Positions 12,620 to 26,535 of a stretch of DNA of 64,000 nucleotides are shown here, in pieces. The translations under genes and the position numbers were made by a program. Every line of letters begins with the position of its first letter. Position 1 is the stretch's first letter. The DNA lies in assembly GCA_044892505.1 (NCBI GenBank), contig CM097882.1, positions 531,278,001-531,342,000 on the forward strand, written 5' to 3'. The notes under the pieces were generated by a model. That model searched no databases. It was not told the DNA's origin and saw only the letters and a program-made list of their open reading frames with translations. This DNA comes from Schmidtea nova (lineage: Eukaryota).

Positions 12620-13080
12620 AACCAAATAACACAATGATTTTTGTTGTTTTTCAAAGTAGGCATTCTTGATCTTTTGATTAAAATTTGTTTGACTAATTTT
12701 GTGCTCACAAACATTATATCATCATCGGTATCCTTTAAAATCTTTGTTTTTACCTTTTATAATCAGCCTTCGTTTATAGGTTTATTTTTTTATCTTTCTG
12801 ATTCGAGCTACATTTGAAGAGATCGCTTTGGTTTTGCTGAGTTCCCCTCCAGATAATCAACTTACTGATCCACAACTGTTTTAGTTTTTATATAATAATA
12901 TGCTTTCTTCGTTATTCTCTTTATTATGATCCTCACTGTGCATCTCTTGAAGTGCTCTGAATCTATAATTATCAAATATTTTGAGTTTTATTGAGTACTT
13001 TTCGGTTCTACAAAATTTGGTTATGTAATCACTTTTATTACATTTCGTAAAAAATAATATCATTTTTGAGCGACAGAGAA
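12620..13080 (-). mobile_element. Degenerate LTR-retrotransposon gag/protease relic
   Basis: FTKCNKSDYITKFCR is a decayed CCHC knuckle. ILKDTDDDIMFVS resembles the aspartic protease LLDTGADxSxVS motif. Confidence 0.45.
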
Positions 13081-13829
13081 TTATGTTTCATGTGACGATT
13101 TTGGCTGCAATAAAAGCAATTGATTTCACTATTTCGAAACTGATCCTTTTTCACTTAATTCTCATGACCAAAAAGTAAATTATATTTGCGTTTATATTTA
13201 TAGGGTTTTTCATCCATTTAATTTTTTAAATTTTCGACTGATTCTGTTGATTGTTTTTGTTTAATTTTCAAAAGTGCTATCAATTTATCGATATTTTCGA
13301 ATCAGATAATTCACGGCTTTAGCATTATTGTCACTATTCAAATTATCTATGAATATATCTAATCTAACATTTCTATCTTCAACTATCAAATATTTATCTT
13401 CTATTATTAAGCATGCAGTAAAATCTAGTAGTTTTTCATCTGAATCTTGTTTGATTAACATTATTTGATATTATTTGCCTTTACTGTGCAAATAACTCTG
13501 TTGATGCGTAAGATTTAAACTTTTATGACACCTTTCTATTCAGATTGTTTTTTATTTTAAAAAAGATATAGAATTTTTTAAAAATTCAATTTTCATGATC
13601 TCTGGTATTTTTGGTTTTATTGTTAAAATTTTTCCACGTTTCGTAAGGGATCATTAATGTCTTTATTCATCTTTGTTCTCGAATTTCTTCAAATTTGAAA
13701 GTTTTCAGAGAAGATAAATTTCAATAATGATCGTTACGCTATGCTATATACTTAATATAACTTCAAGATTCAAAACTGTCTATTTACAACACAATTATGA
13801 AAATACAATATATCTCTTTAGTTTTAAAT

Positions 13830-14155
13830 AATTATACATATTAAACGCATATCTCACAAGTAATTCTGAGATGTAACTGATTTTGGGGAGAAGGATCCTG
13901 CATTTTATAAAGGTAAGTCTTAGTCTTAGGATCAATGTAAATGGTAAAAGACCGATCTTGCAAGTGTTTGAAATGCTTCATCGAAAGGTAAATAGCTAGA
14001 AGTTCTCGATCAAAAACAGGATACCTCTGTTGGATATGTGACAGAATTTCTAATGGCTTAGAAAGGTAGTCATTTACTTGATGTAATTATACGTCGATAG
14101 TTACGTTAGAAGCGTCGATGTTCACTTTCAAAGTCAAGTTTCTATTGAGAAAGGT
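13830..14155 (-). mobile_element. Gypsy RNase H relic
   Basis: NIDASNV, LHQ..SKPLE, YPVFDRELLAIYLSMKHFKH, SFTIYID. Confidence 0.75.
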
Positions 14156-14189
14156 ATATTGTTGTTGATAGTTTAAATATGAAAAACAT

Positions 14190-14650
14190 AAAAGTGAATT
14201 GTAAAAATAAAAATAAAGCTATTTAAAGAATAAAATTTTATAAAAATATAAATTTAAGCAAAAATAAAATATTTCTTTTTTAAATAAATTACAACTAAAC
14301 AGAAAAAAACCTTCTAGAAGCTTTTGTGTTACTGCATCAATTTATTTAAATACTGTGAAAATGGTAAAAATAGAGATGCCATTTTCATTATTTTTTACAT
14401 TTTTTTGAGAAGAAAAATTAAGTATTCTTTCCGAAAATTTTTAAAATATTATCAAACAAAAGATCAACACCTCTCACCAGTTGAAGAGAAGAATGCAGAG
14501 GTCGACCGCTGCTTAAAAATTAATTGGAGAGATCACATTATTCTAACTATTCAATGTATGTCAGTTTGATTGTTTTGCTCATTCTTCTGTTGTATTCGGC
14601 TCCGACCCATGTCCTGGTTGCTTATATTATGTATGCTACAAAATTTAAAG
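14190..14650. repeat. Diverged dispersed repeat, copy 1 (copy 2 at about 38100-38560)
   Basis: Shared blocks such as aaaataaaatatttcttttt, aaacagaaaaa..ttctagaag, gatgccatttt and gatgtatgtcag in the same order and orientation. Confidence 0.7.
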
Positions 14651-16051
14651 ATGTTCAATAAAATTGTTCTAGAATTTCTTCATAAATTTCATTGTTTGTA
14701 TCTTTATATTCAAAAGTATTGGAATTTTCAGTATTCTTCTGATATGAAATATTATTCATATTGGTTTTTGATTTTGTATTAGTTGAATTTTGTTCTTGAT
14801 TCGGTAAGTAAGTCCCATTACCAGAGAAATTACTGGATTGTGGTGGACAAGTAATTGAATTTTAATTAGCCATTTTTTTAAAAGTGTACTAAAATGATTT
14901 TTTATGTTTTTGTTTATTCTCTTGATTTTCCGAGTCGCTAACTCGCTGTTAGTAACTCCAGCTTATTGCGAAGCATGTACGTCCGTTTGCTTTCACGAGT
15001 GGATTCTCTCAAACTTTCAACCCCATACGTTCAACGCAACATCAAATTCCAGCATAGTACTTATGTTCATGTAAGAAAACGGAAGGAGGATCATACAGGA
15101 TTTTTATATTAATTATGTTTTCTTAAAAGTTTATTTTTTGTATTCAAGGTAAATTTCCTGTTAAATAACAGGAACAATTTTTCAAGATATAGACTAAATA
15201 AAGATGAAAAATGTAAAGTGAAAAAATATGATAACGATGCATCTTTGTAATAGCTTAAGTAAAAGTGATGTTAGGAAAATGTCAAAATTTCAAGGACGAA
15301 TCAACAAAAATATTTATAGATACAGTATTTGCTTTTTATAACAATTAAAAGAAAATCAAAAATACTTTATTTTCTGAATCAGTAAATATGAACTCTAGTA
15401 AGTATCTCGAAATCGTTGAAGATAAATATAGTAGAACAATTATACTATGCTAAAACTTGCTTGATGGTACAATTCTGTCTTTGTCTTAAAACGGTTTATT
15501 GTGGGTTTTTTTCTAATCTTTTCTATATTTTCTTTATTTTTAAATTCAAAATCTACCAAGCAATTTTCAAAATCTCTCCACAAATAAAACAACACAATAA
15601 TCTAAAATAACTCGATCAAACAAGGAATTTAATTGTTCCAAAGATTCAAGTGGCAATTCAAATATTAATTCTACCGAACCGCGCACACATACGCGAATAA
15701 CAATATTACAAGTGCGCACACATGCGCGTCTAGAAAAATAAACAAGCGTGCACACAGACGCGACTAAGAACGAAAAATAAAATGCGCAAACAGATGCGAC
15801 CAAACCATTCATTAATACCATTTTTAAACATCAGGAACATACATAAAATGTTAAAGGTAAAGATTACACGAAAAACAGTGAAGAAAGTGACAATAGAAAC
15901 ACGAAATGCGAATTTGCGATGTGAAAAATTGACGAAAATAATAGAAAGAATGAATGATAACAGAAGTCTAAATCACGAAACAACCAAAATTTTTACTTTT
16001 CATGAAAATATTATACTATAGCCTTATTTCAAGTTTAATAACCATTTATAC

Positions 16052-16339
16052 CAAGGACGAGCAATCTTTTTTAACGGCGGGTCACATACAAACACAAAAA
16101 TTTCGCACGGCCATGTTTAAAAAAACATCGAAAAAATAACAAATTTATTATTTTTATTAAAAAATTGGCCATTTTACAATTTTTGAATTCTATAGTCTAT
16201 AAAAATCATAAAATAATTAGAGCTTTTTTGAAATCTGAGGTTTTTTTTGCAATTTCATTTCAAAAAAATGTTATTGTAAGGCAAAAAATGCCTCGGCGGG
16301 CCGCAAAAAATGAAATGGGCCGCGGGTTACTCATCCCTT
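16052..16339. mobile_element. hAT-type MITE
   Basis: Imperfect TIR CAAGGACGAGCAATC / GGTTACTCATCCCTT; TSD ATTTATAC / ATTAATAC; subterminal ggccgc motifs. Confidence 0.75.
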
Positions 16340-17877
16340 ATTAATACTAAAACAAAATTTTCTAATAAATTTTGAACTTTTGTTAAGAGAGAAAATTAGT
16401 TTGTGCATAAGGTTTTTAATTACAAATTCATAATAAATAAAGTAACAAAATAAGACTAATACATATATTTAAATTAAACATACAAGCGTTCAGTGAATAT
16501 CATAATAAAATCCTTCGTCGATAAAAATTCCAACCAATGGATCCGTAAGAACAAGCAGAAACTCCTTGACCAAATTCACCTAAAAATTAAAAATTGATAA
16601 AAGCCAAGTCATAAATCATCCAAGCGTGCTGCTGCTATAATATAAATAATAATAGGCAAAGATTCATAATAACAGAAACCAATAAAATTTTGATGTCGAA
16701 GAAAATCTAGATCACATTTGATCTTATTATAAAAATTTCAGTAAAATAAAAATCTCCGTTATTTCTATCGTTTTTATTTTGTTCTAAAATGCGATTTCAA
16801 TACTCACTATGATAATATTTTATCATTTAATCGCAGTTATTTTCCGATTTCCTCGACCTTTTGTTTAAGTGGTGCAGACATTATTTAAAATCTATATTTA
16901 ACCAAATATTCCCATTAAGAACATTTATTTTGTCGTGGGTAAAAACAAGAATTTTGAACAAACAATAGTGTTATTGTGAAAGAAAAGGACAGAACATCAA
17001 AATATTTTCTCCTGTGATTTCCTTGTATAAAATAAAGGTATTTATTGCCGTTATGCTAAGTGCATTAAAAACCATTTCGATTTTGAATGTTTTCCTCGCC
17101 ACCAATCGATTCTCTCCAATTTTTACTTTATTTATTTATATTTTGAACTATGTAAAAGCACTTTTTTCACTTCTTTTAATTGTGAGAGTGAAATTAAAAC
17201 TTTAAAACTTTTTTTAGAAACGTGGTATTTTATTAACTTTTTGTGCTGTTTTTATTAATTCCCTCTCATTTGAATGAACAGATCCAACTAACGTAATATT
17301 TTATAGGAATTTTGTTTCTAATTATTCGCTTGAAAAAAGTTATCATTTGTAATATATTCAGTAAAAGTGAAATGGGATTTAGATCAACAAATTATGCAAG
17401 TGATAATAGTTTTCCTGTCTTTGTTTGTTCAGCATATATTGTTTTTGACTAAAATTAGTCAAACCAATTTTAGTTTAACTACAGCGACAATTTAATTAAC
17501 CAACAATTCAATTGACTACGACAGCGGTAACTGCATGTATAGATCGCGCTACGAACAGGAAACACTGACTAAGCAAAATTAACGATAGAAACACATTACA
17601 ATTTAGTTAAAACATATTTAAATATTAAAATTAACAAAAATGCATCAAGTAGACACGCGAAAAACACAAAATATAACATAAAACAGTAATTGCAGAAATT
17701 CACCAGAAATTAGGAAAATTTAAATGTTTTATGGAAAAATATAAAAGTAAATGATTTTCAATGAAAATTTATTAAATTTAGTAATTTAGTAAAAAACTTT
17801 GATAAATACTAAAAATTTTTAAATTAAAATAAATTAATTTAAAATTTTGATAAAATTTTACACAAAAAATTTATTAA

Positions 17878-17950
17878 CCCCTTAATGCACATTTATTTTA
17901 TTATTAAGGGCTTTTTGCCCGTATATGTCACGGAACTGTGCATTAAGCGG
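17878..17950. mobile_element. 73-bp piggyBac-type miniature element
   Basis: TTAA-CCCCTTAATGCAC...GTGCATTAAGCGG-TTAA. Confidence 0.75.
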
Positions 17951-18261
17951 TTAATTTACTTTTCTGTAAAATGAATATTTTATTTCAAAAAATTAAAAAT
18001 TTTGTCACAAAAAAATTTGTTTTTCCGCATCAATGAGAAAACATAACGAAAAGTCATGTAGTAGGAGATTTCATATATTTATTATAAATTTCTTGCGTTT
18101 GGGATTTCAAATCTATTATAAATTTCTTGCGTTTTGGATTTCAAATCTATTATAAATTTCAGATATCTTTTTTCTTCTTTTAAACAAACTTTTTTATAAA
18201 CATCTTCTTTTTATTTATTATAAATATGTAAATATAATATATTAAATTAGTTAAAATATAA

Positions 18262-18345
<84 letters not shown>

Positions 18346-19310
18346 CGGAGGCACTACAGGAAGAATGTCCACTTGAGATGTGTAAATAAATAAAATATAT
18401 CAACAACGTTCAACTTGTTCCACGAAATGAATAGAATTCCAAAATAGTTTTTCAAATTTTTAATAATTAAATCGTTAATTTTTTTATTTTGTAATCATTT
18501 TACAATTTTCTTTTTTTCAATTAAATTTTTTTTACTCAGTGTTGAATTCCAGACTACATGAATAATAACATTAATAATAATATCTTTACGATCAAGCATC
18601 AGCAATGATAACAATGATAATAATAATAATATCATCACAAATACGTCCATTGTACAATATGTACTTGAATACAGAATTGTGGTTCGAATCTGATATAAGC
18701 AAAAAATGTGTAGAATATCCGAGTCATGCATACATACACATTTGTAACATGCAACCAAATCCACGTGAACCAATTTTCATCCTTTTTAAATTCATTTTAC
18801 TATAACCAAAGAAATGTATAGAGCATTCGAAACATATATACATATATTTGTGACGCGCGTTCAAATACACTGAACAAATAGATAGGCGGATACAAATAAA
18901 TACATCCGGATCTATTTAAAACTGCCTAACTTATACAAAAATCAAGAATACGTGATCAAAATATTCTCTGCTTATAGCAGATTGAATGTGGAAATGGTGT
19001 ATGAGTGCTTGTAGGATAAAAATTCTTTGTCAGGCAGAAGTCCATGAAATTATATGATCACTAATTTTAAACCGGTCGTGGTACTGTAAAACAAAATATT
19101 GTAAAATAATATTAATTTAAATTAAATTATTTTTTAGTAAAATCTTTTATATTTTTTATAATTGATCTTTTTTTCAATTTACTTGTCTGTTAATTGACCC
19201 TAATTATTCTATTTTTATTTTTTAAAGAAATAAATATAAAATCATTTATTCTAATATAAAACAACATTAAGCGTATTCTATTTAATTGCTAGCACACTAA
19301 TTGTGACAGG

Positions 19311-20159
19311 TTAAACAGATGGCCAAAAAAGAACAATATCAGCGAGAATCGCATCAAATACATCCAATTGGTGAAATTTTTTACATGTACGTCACATGTA
19401 TTCGTACATGTATGAATCCAACATGCTTATGTGTATTCCACTGTGATGTGTGTTCCTTTCTTTTGCTGCCTTCCACGAACGTTCAATTCTTTGAGTGTTT
19501 GCTCCTGTGCTAGAATAAACAAAATTTAAAGAGTGATTTACAATCTGATGATGGAATCCGCCTCCAGCAATTGCATTGATGCCATTATAGGTTCACCATT
19601 GATCTGATATGACTGTAGTTCTTGGCAATATGTGCAGATATTATCGGAAGAAGAGTGGTGGCTGTTCTGTCTGGGATATTAAACATGAAACATTCGCAAG
19701 TTTGTCGACTTATACCTCCAAACACCCACTGTTGAGGTAATACTCGACCAACAGTTTTTGCGACGAGTAAACCGACTTTCGTCGATTTCAACAGTAGTGT
19801 TAGGCCCACCTATGACAATGGGATTATTGATCAATGTATTAGCGCACACCTCGAAGATAGTTGTTCTAGTCTATGACAGATGACCTAAAAATTTCAAACT
19901 CAGTTTCACAGAAACGTATACTGGTTAACTCCTTTGACCAGCAATAAATAAACAAAACTATTAGCCTGTATGATAGCCGAGATCCTTGTAACAATGTCCC
20001 TTGTCTGACAGGTATATCTTGACGACATGAACTCTGGCGACATCTCCAATGATCCTGTCGATCTGTCAGCGACAAAATCATGATATGGTTGTTTGAAAAG
20101 CGACGCAGGCTATGCACAATTCCATGTTGCTGAAAGAACTGTAGACTACTTTTTATCAT
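19311..20159 (-). mobile_element. Merlin (IS1595/ISXO2-like) transposase, near full length, frameshifted
   Basis: IGGPNTTVEIDESRFTRRK, GRVLPQQWVFGG, IPDRTATTLLPII, ISDQW, HQIVNHSLNFV, NTQRIERSW. Confidence 0.88.
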
Positions 20160-20419
20160 TACATAAAGCGGATAATTGTAACAAATTAATATTAATATTT
20201 TAATATTTAGTTAATTTTTTTGTTATTTATTTATTTATGCAACTTAAGCTAAACAATATTAAGGTTATTGAATAATTTAACTGAATTAAGTTATCTTCAT
20301 TTTGGCTATCGATTAATGTTTTGTTTTATATTTAACACAAATTTTCGGTATTGTCTTTTTCTAAATGTAAAAAATGATTTTAAAAGCAATAAATTGAATG
20401 AATTCTCTCAAAGAAAATT

Positions 20420-21300
20420 TACTGCAAATTGTCAGTAATGTAAACAATATTATTCCTAATGTTCAAAGCTCACGGTAATATTTATCATTGTTCGATTGTG
20501 GCGTAAGTTTGATGGAAACACTCGCAATATTAATCTGCTATTTGCATATTCTCGGGAAATATTTCAAAGTAGTATTTTAAGAAATGAATCTTCAGGTACA
20601 TATGTACTTCCAATAGTTGGAATGAACTCATTAACTTCTGTATTAATTCTGTGTAGTTTGGAGATCGATATTTCCCTAAAAAGGATAAATATAGAGTACG
20701 TGGTGTAGAGTACCTCGCGTCGTACAAGCTTTCCACTTACAATGACCATACTAAATTAGCTTAAAAAGTTCCATAATTTAGTCGTAAGTTGCTTTTGCTT
20801 TTCTAAAATATACAATATGAAGACCATGATATATTCATTTTCCACAAGCAGTAGTACCGTCTTTACACTGCATTCTTCCATCAATAAAAATCCAACAATC
20901 CTCGTCAAATTAGTAGGAATCTTTGTGAGAATACTTCCGATAGTGCACCTATGGAATATGTCTGCCGTATCATTTTTCTTTAAAAAAATCTTTGAAAACT
21001 TAATTGTTTTGAACGATACCACAAAGTCAGTGTTCCCGTTGCCAGCATATCAAAGAAGAAAAATGTGACTTTACTCCTAAATCATGACTTTGGTCTGATT
21101 ACTTTGGCTTTGGTTGGCTTTGGTGTTTTTTATTAAAGCTATTGGTTTTTATCAAGCCGGAATAACAATTTTTGACATATTTTTGACGCACTATGCCATA
21201 GATGTTGAAAATGGCAATTTTTAAGTTTTCATATTGACCACATACAGGGGCTAGAAATACATTTTTGCTTACACAATGAGTTTCAATTAATAAATGCATT
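20420..21300 (-). mobile_element. Degenerate DNA transposase, probably Chapaev3-like (CMC)
   Basis: WIFIDG, SFLGKYRSPNY, MYLKIHFLKYYFEIFPEN, ECFHQ match a widespread transposase family (NMSLKIHFLHSHLDFFPEN...GERFHQ). The superfamily label is from memory. Confidence 0.55.
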
Positions 21301-21545
21301 GAGCGTTTACTAAAAGAAAGTTTAACAAATGAAATAAGTTTAAAAAATCAATTACTTTAGAATTAACTCCAAAAGAACCAAATAGCAACTTTAAGAGAAC
21401 CAAATAGTATGAATAACAAAAATGTCAGAAAGAAATTTTGAAAAACAAATTTTTACAGATAATAATAATTATTAATATATGATTACAAACATGGTTGACA
21501 TTATAAATGTTTTTCTTGTTATTAGTTACTTCTTTTTTTAATAAA

Positions 21546-21777
21546 CCCTCCAGCCGCGGGCGATTTTTTAAAGTTTTTTTGTATCAAATCGTGGGATATT
21601 TTTATTCGCTATTTATATAAGTTATAAGGATTATATTATTGGAATGTAAAAAAGGAAACAAAAATTTGAGTATAAATTTGCAAATTTTTTGACATTTATT
21701 GACTCAATAATAGTGTATTTTGCGGAATCGTATAGAATAAGTGAAATGTGATATGCACGTCGTCCGCGACTGGAGGG
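21546..21777. mobile_element. piggyBac-type MITE
   Basis: TIR CCCTCCAGCCGCGGGCG / CGTCCGCGACTGGAGGG; TAAA left and TTAA right. Confidence 0.8.
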
Positions 21778-22983
21778 TTAAAACTTTTGTATTATAATTG
21801 TATTTAGTAACAAACGCAACAAGTATGAGTATATTATGTAAGGAAAATATAACATGAAGTAAATTTCCTTGAAACTAGGCGTTCTTACGTATTAAAACTA
21901 AACTTTCCCCTCATATTTAATAACGGATGTTTGTTTGCAAAAATATCATATCGGGTAATGTAATTACTTAATTGTTATTTTTATACTACTTTTTTCATAA
22001 TTCATAATAAACGAGATTAATTCGTTTTTTTATAAAATCAATAAAATTGAATGGTAGATCTCCATAAGTTTGATGCAAAATGAATAGATGTGTGGAATGT
22101 AATTTAGACTCCATAAAATTTGATAAGAAAATAACGACCTATATAAGTATAAAAATGGCCAAGTTTTTTATACAATATTAAGTTTGCGTTATCTGTTAAT
22201 ATTTATGAATCTAATTTGTTAGATCTGTTTTCTTTATAGATAAATTACTCAGTCTTTGAATTTTATCTATAAATGTCATAAAAAGACTGTTAAAAATTTC
22301 ATGAAATTTTAAAAAAATTGTAGAACCCCAATTCTATAAAGTACATAATCCAAGCAAGTATTGACAGAATTAATTTTATTGATATTTATGTGAAAAGAAC
22401 ACATGTCAATATGAAGGAAATGGATTTACTGAATTATATAATTTTACAGAATTATTATGTAATTATCATGGAATTTCATAATTTCTTAGTTTTAATAAAT
22501 AGTTTATTCACTTGAAAACTTAATATTAAATTGTTTAATAAAATCTCTTTAAAACAAAATTTATCCTTAAATTAAACAACGGAGAAACTTCTTTCGTTGA
22601 AATCGCATTCATGCTCATTGTTATATTGTGTCATGTATCAATAGTTTCGATTCACAATTTAATATTTTAGAGGTTTTAATAATTTGATCAAATGGAAGAA
22701 CCCTATCATTTATGCATACCAAAATAAATGATCATTATTAGTTTCGACATTCCTCTAAAATGTATAAGCTATATATAGTGTTTATATTTGGTATTTCTTA
22801 TTACCTATTATGCAGATCATATTATTGCAATTTAATTGTGAACATATCTGGCCGATAAAATATGATTGCGTCATAATATAACAATATAAACATTTTGATT
22901 TTTTAATTCGTCGTGTTCTTCGTTGAAATTACAAAACATTTTTCATATAAATTTTATCTAATTGAACCACGCTTTTCGTTCAG

Positions 22984-23291
22984 TTGTTTATTTTTGTTAT
23001 CCTGATCTGTTTGAATATGATATTATTGCCGGATATCATGAAATAGAAGCAAAAATTTACAGTTATTTGGAATCAGAATTAGCTGAAAATTCATTGTTGG
23101 CATCTTGTTTAATCATTCATTCCAAATGCAAAAATTCAGAATTGCTGGAACAATGTCTTAAAGTTCTTGAAACACTAATAACAAATATTATTAAGTCACC
23201 CAATGAACCTAAATTTCGCAAGATCCGATTGGAAAATGATAAAATAAAACAATTAATTGTCCAAGTTGCTGGAGCCGTTGATTTTTTAAAG
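22984..23291 (+). CDS. UBXN6: UBXN6 exon 2 (PUB domain)
   Basis: Acceptor ...ttcgttcag at 22983, phase 1, joins exon 1 as S-I-VYFCYP. LITNIIKSPNEPKFRKIRLEN...GAVDFLK is a PUB signature. Donor GTAATA at 23292, phase 0. Confidence 0.9.
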
Positions 23292-23929
23292 GTAATAATA
23301 CACATTTTACATTGCGTTGTTTATCCCTAATATTAAAAATTAATAGGCTCAATGGTTTTTTATCATTTAGTGAAACCGGTGCTTCGCAACCTTTTTATTG
23401 TTGTATTCCAACATGAAAATTATTTTCTTGCATGCTAACACTAGAAAATACTGGTCAAAAATGTTCTTAAGTTATTTTGTTAATTGACAGAGTTTAGTGA
23501 TTTAGTTCAACTAGAATAGTTAATTAATAAATCATAGGGACCAAACATAACTATAAAACATTTAAATTTTATAAAAACTAAAATTATTATGGTTGCAAAT
23601 TAATGAATTTATATTTCTTAAAAAATTTTATTTCTCTAAATGGAAATAAACTCAAATAATAAGGCAAATGATTATTCCAGGTAAAAATTCAAGTTTAATT
23701 TCAATGCGAGCCCTGGACTTCTTTATATTTGTATAATTTTGTAATATCAGGCTTTAATTTTGTTAATTTTAGACGTAAGTCTGGCTTAAGTTTGTGTTTA
23801 GATCTATATTTATTTAATTGCAAGCATTCTTGAAAATCATGTTTCAGAGCTTAGAAATACTGAAAGAAATTAAAAATCTAATGGTTCTATCTGAAAAATA
23901 TTCATATTCTGCTCTTCTTCTCAGCCAGA

Positions 23930-24330
23930 AATAACTCAACAAATCCTAGAGTTGTGAGTCAGAGTTTTTATAAAAATTAACAACTATTAAAGATTAGCCT
24001 AAAACGTTTTCTAAACTGTTAGGCATAGATTTTTTACGAGAACTACTCGATGGATACTGCTATCCGTGAACTTTGCTTTTGATATGACTTTTTGATTTTC
24101 TTAAAAACACCTTCATATTTGTCGACCATTGCAACTGCACAACCAGAGCAGACTCTAACAGAATTCTGCCATTTTATTTGATGCCACAAAATTAAGAACT
24201 TTTTAAAATATTTCAGATAGTGATTCAGAAATAAAATTATCCTTTCACTGACTATTCAAGTTCATACTTAACATAAATCATCTACTGTGGAAATTTTTTT
24301 AACATTTATGCTATTTATCGTTCCAAAAAT
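23930..24330 (-). mobile_element. hAT (ZBED5/Buster-like) transposase relic
   Basis: Frameshifted reading ..AVAMVDKYEGV..SIHRVVL..MPNSLENVL..VVNF..NSR follows the DGAAAM/CxIHR/VNFIK motif order. Confidence 0.6.
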
Positions 24331-25936
24331 ATACGACAAACTTCAATTTTTAAAAAAGACTTTTACCTTTAGTGGTGTATTGTTTTGATTAACTGTTTAC
24401 CAGTTTAATCTCTTTCGAAATTAAAAAATATAAAGAAAATCATTTTTATAATTTTTATTTTCTCATTTTAATTTTTAATAAAAAACAACAATAATTAAAC
24501 AAGTAAAGATTTGTCATAATTCATCAGAAAGAGTGTGTGCCATAGATGCAATAAATAAATTACTGAAGTCATTTATCTAATTCAAAATTAACAACTTAAA
24601 TATTAACATGGAAATTAATCCTCAAATCATTTAATTTCCATAACAATGCCAAAAAATAAAAGTTATAAAGTTTACATGTAAATAATTTTTTGATATTAGT
24701 TATATAAATGAAGACTGCATTCGAATTCTTATTTCACCGTAAACGATATAGATTTTACTAGGATCATTCGAATCAATTTTAATTGGAGTCATTCGATTTC
24801 AACGTGGCTTTTGAGACTTTTGCAGATGGTAAAATATTTGATACCACTTTAGTTATTGTGATAAACGGTTTTTTCTTTTCATTATTCATTCATCTCACCA
24901 TATCATACCTTAAGGTAAGTCCTGCATAAGCTCCCGATACAAATAATTACATTGTTATTTTTTAAAGAAAAAGCCCATTAAAATATGAAATTAAAAATCA
25001 TAGCATAAACCAGTCTTTTCGTTTTAATTTTACTTTTTAAACTTTGAAAATTTAATTTAAATTTCAAATATTAAGTCTTGCAATTTCTGTTACTACTAGA
25101 AATTAAAACTTTTAGCAAATTATTATTTGTTTTTATTTGATAAAATCACTTTATAGTGGTTCAATTTCTTAACCTGATAATTCTTGGCAGGTCTCCTCAG
25201 ACTTGTTTTGGTTAAATTAATTGCTGTTTCAAATACAAACTTAGTTTTAGAGGCTATAAATCTTGCTGTTATAGCCTCCATTCGGTTCAAGTCAATCTCA
25301 TTATCCTGGTACCATGGTATCGACACGATGAGGGCATTATGCTACATACTTGACTATTGTGTTAGAATTTTTTTGTCAACATACTTTTTTTGGAAATTGC
25401 CCTTCATTCAATATGTGAGTTTTAGTTTGGTCAAAAACTTTTCGTCTTCTCCTTGTAACCGTTTTTTAAAATTCGACTAACAAGCATTCAATCACTTGCT
25501 CGAGAAATCTTCGAAAAGTTTGAAACGCGCGTAGAACCATTAAGTGAACGTAATACATTCAGTATATATTAAAAAAAATTTCCCGAAGGGCTGTTAGAAA
25601 TAAAGCAAAGGTGTATTCAATAGTATTCGGATGTATCCGTACCTCGCACTTGAGAGCCGCGTTTTTTGTAGAGCGTGGAATAAATCCGCATCTCGCATCT
25701 AAAGAATTAAGTACCTAACAATTGTAATTACTTTTCAGATTTAACGGATCAAGAGAAGATAAAGCCATCTCCAAAATTAATTGTATAGCTATTCTTCTCT
25801 AGATCTGATTTAACTTATTTACATTTGCCAATTTGTTCTTGCTTATTAATTACGCTCGATTTACTTGGGATAGAAGTTCCAAGAAATCACGTGAACTGAG
25901 TGCATACCAATCAACATTAAAAAATAGATTGATGTA

Positions 25937-25975
<39 letters not shown>

Positions 25976-26358
25976 AACTTTGACATACATACGCAAGTAA
26001 ATAATTAATTCGATTGTACGATTTGGAGTATTTTATAAAAAAAGAAATACATTTTTTCTTGACAATATAAAAGTGATACCGCGCAAAACAGTTACCGTGT
26101 ATATCGACGAATGAGTCTCAATAATTTCTTCTTGTAATTATACTTTCAAATAAATGTATCAGTAAAGTACTAGCAACTTTTCGTTATTTCCGGCCAGTAT
26201 ACTTATTGAAGATGCATTTTCTGTCACCGAATTAATGTAATTCCATGCAGTTTAGAAAAACATTGTTGATTTTATTTTTGATTTAATACCGCAGGGATGA
26301 AAATAACATTCTCCAATTTCAAATATGCTTCCATATTAATGTAAATATTATTACTCAG

Positions 26359-26535
26359 GCAGTTGGTTTCGTTTCGGAACAACAGCTGAAACCTGGATCA
26401 GCTGATGAGTTTGAAACATGTTTAGTAATTCCAGAAGAATTGTGCATTCCAGATAAATTAACCGAATATCTCACAAATTTAAAGACAGCAAACCCTCTGA
26501 AACCCGTTTTGTACAGAAATACAAATGTTTTCCAT
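26359..26535 (+). CDS. UBXN6: UBXN6 exon 3 (end of PUB domain and linker); absent from the ORF track
   Basis: ttactcag|GCA GTT GGT TTC reads AVGFVSEQQLKPGSADEFETCLVIPEELCIPDKLTEYLTNLKTANPLKPVLYRNTNVFH|gtaatt. It parallels the AIGF...AEPVRAKLDRQRRVF segment of UBXN6. Phase 0 at both ends. Confidence 0.85.

Noticed and set aside
18840-19090. Possible MULE fragment (FHGLLPDK, - strand)
   Set aside because: A single short motif surrounded by stops.
23347-23450. Apparent UBXN6 exon after a 55-bp intron (NGFLSFSETG..)
   Set aside because: It needs a frameshift and hits stops; 26359-26535 fits in phase and in sequence.
25100-25560. Possible LINE C-terminal relic (SIPWYQDNEIDLNRMEAITARF)
   Set aside because: Similarity too weak to call without a search.
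26398-26420. CTGATGAGTTTGAAAC as a hammerhead core
   Set aside because: No stem II, and it is coding sequence (ADEFET) of UBXN6 exon 3.
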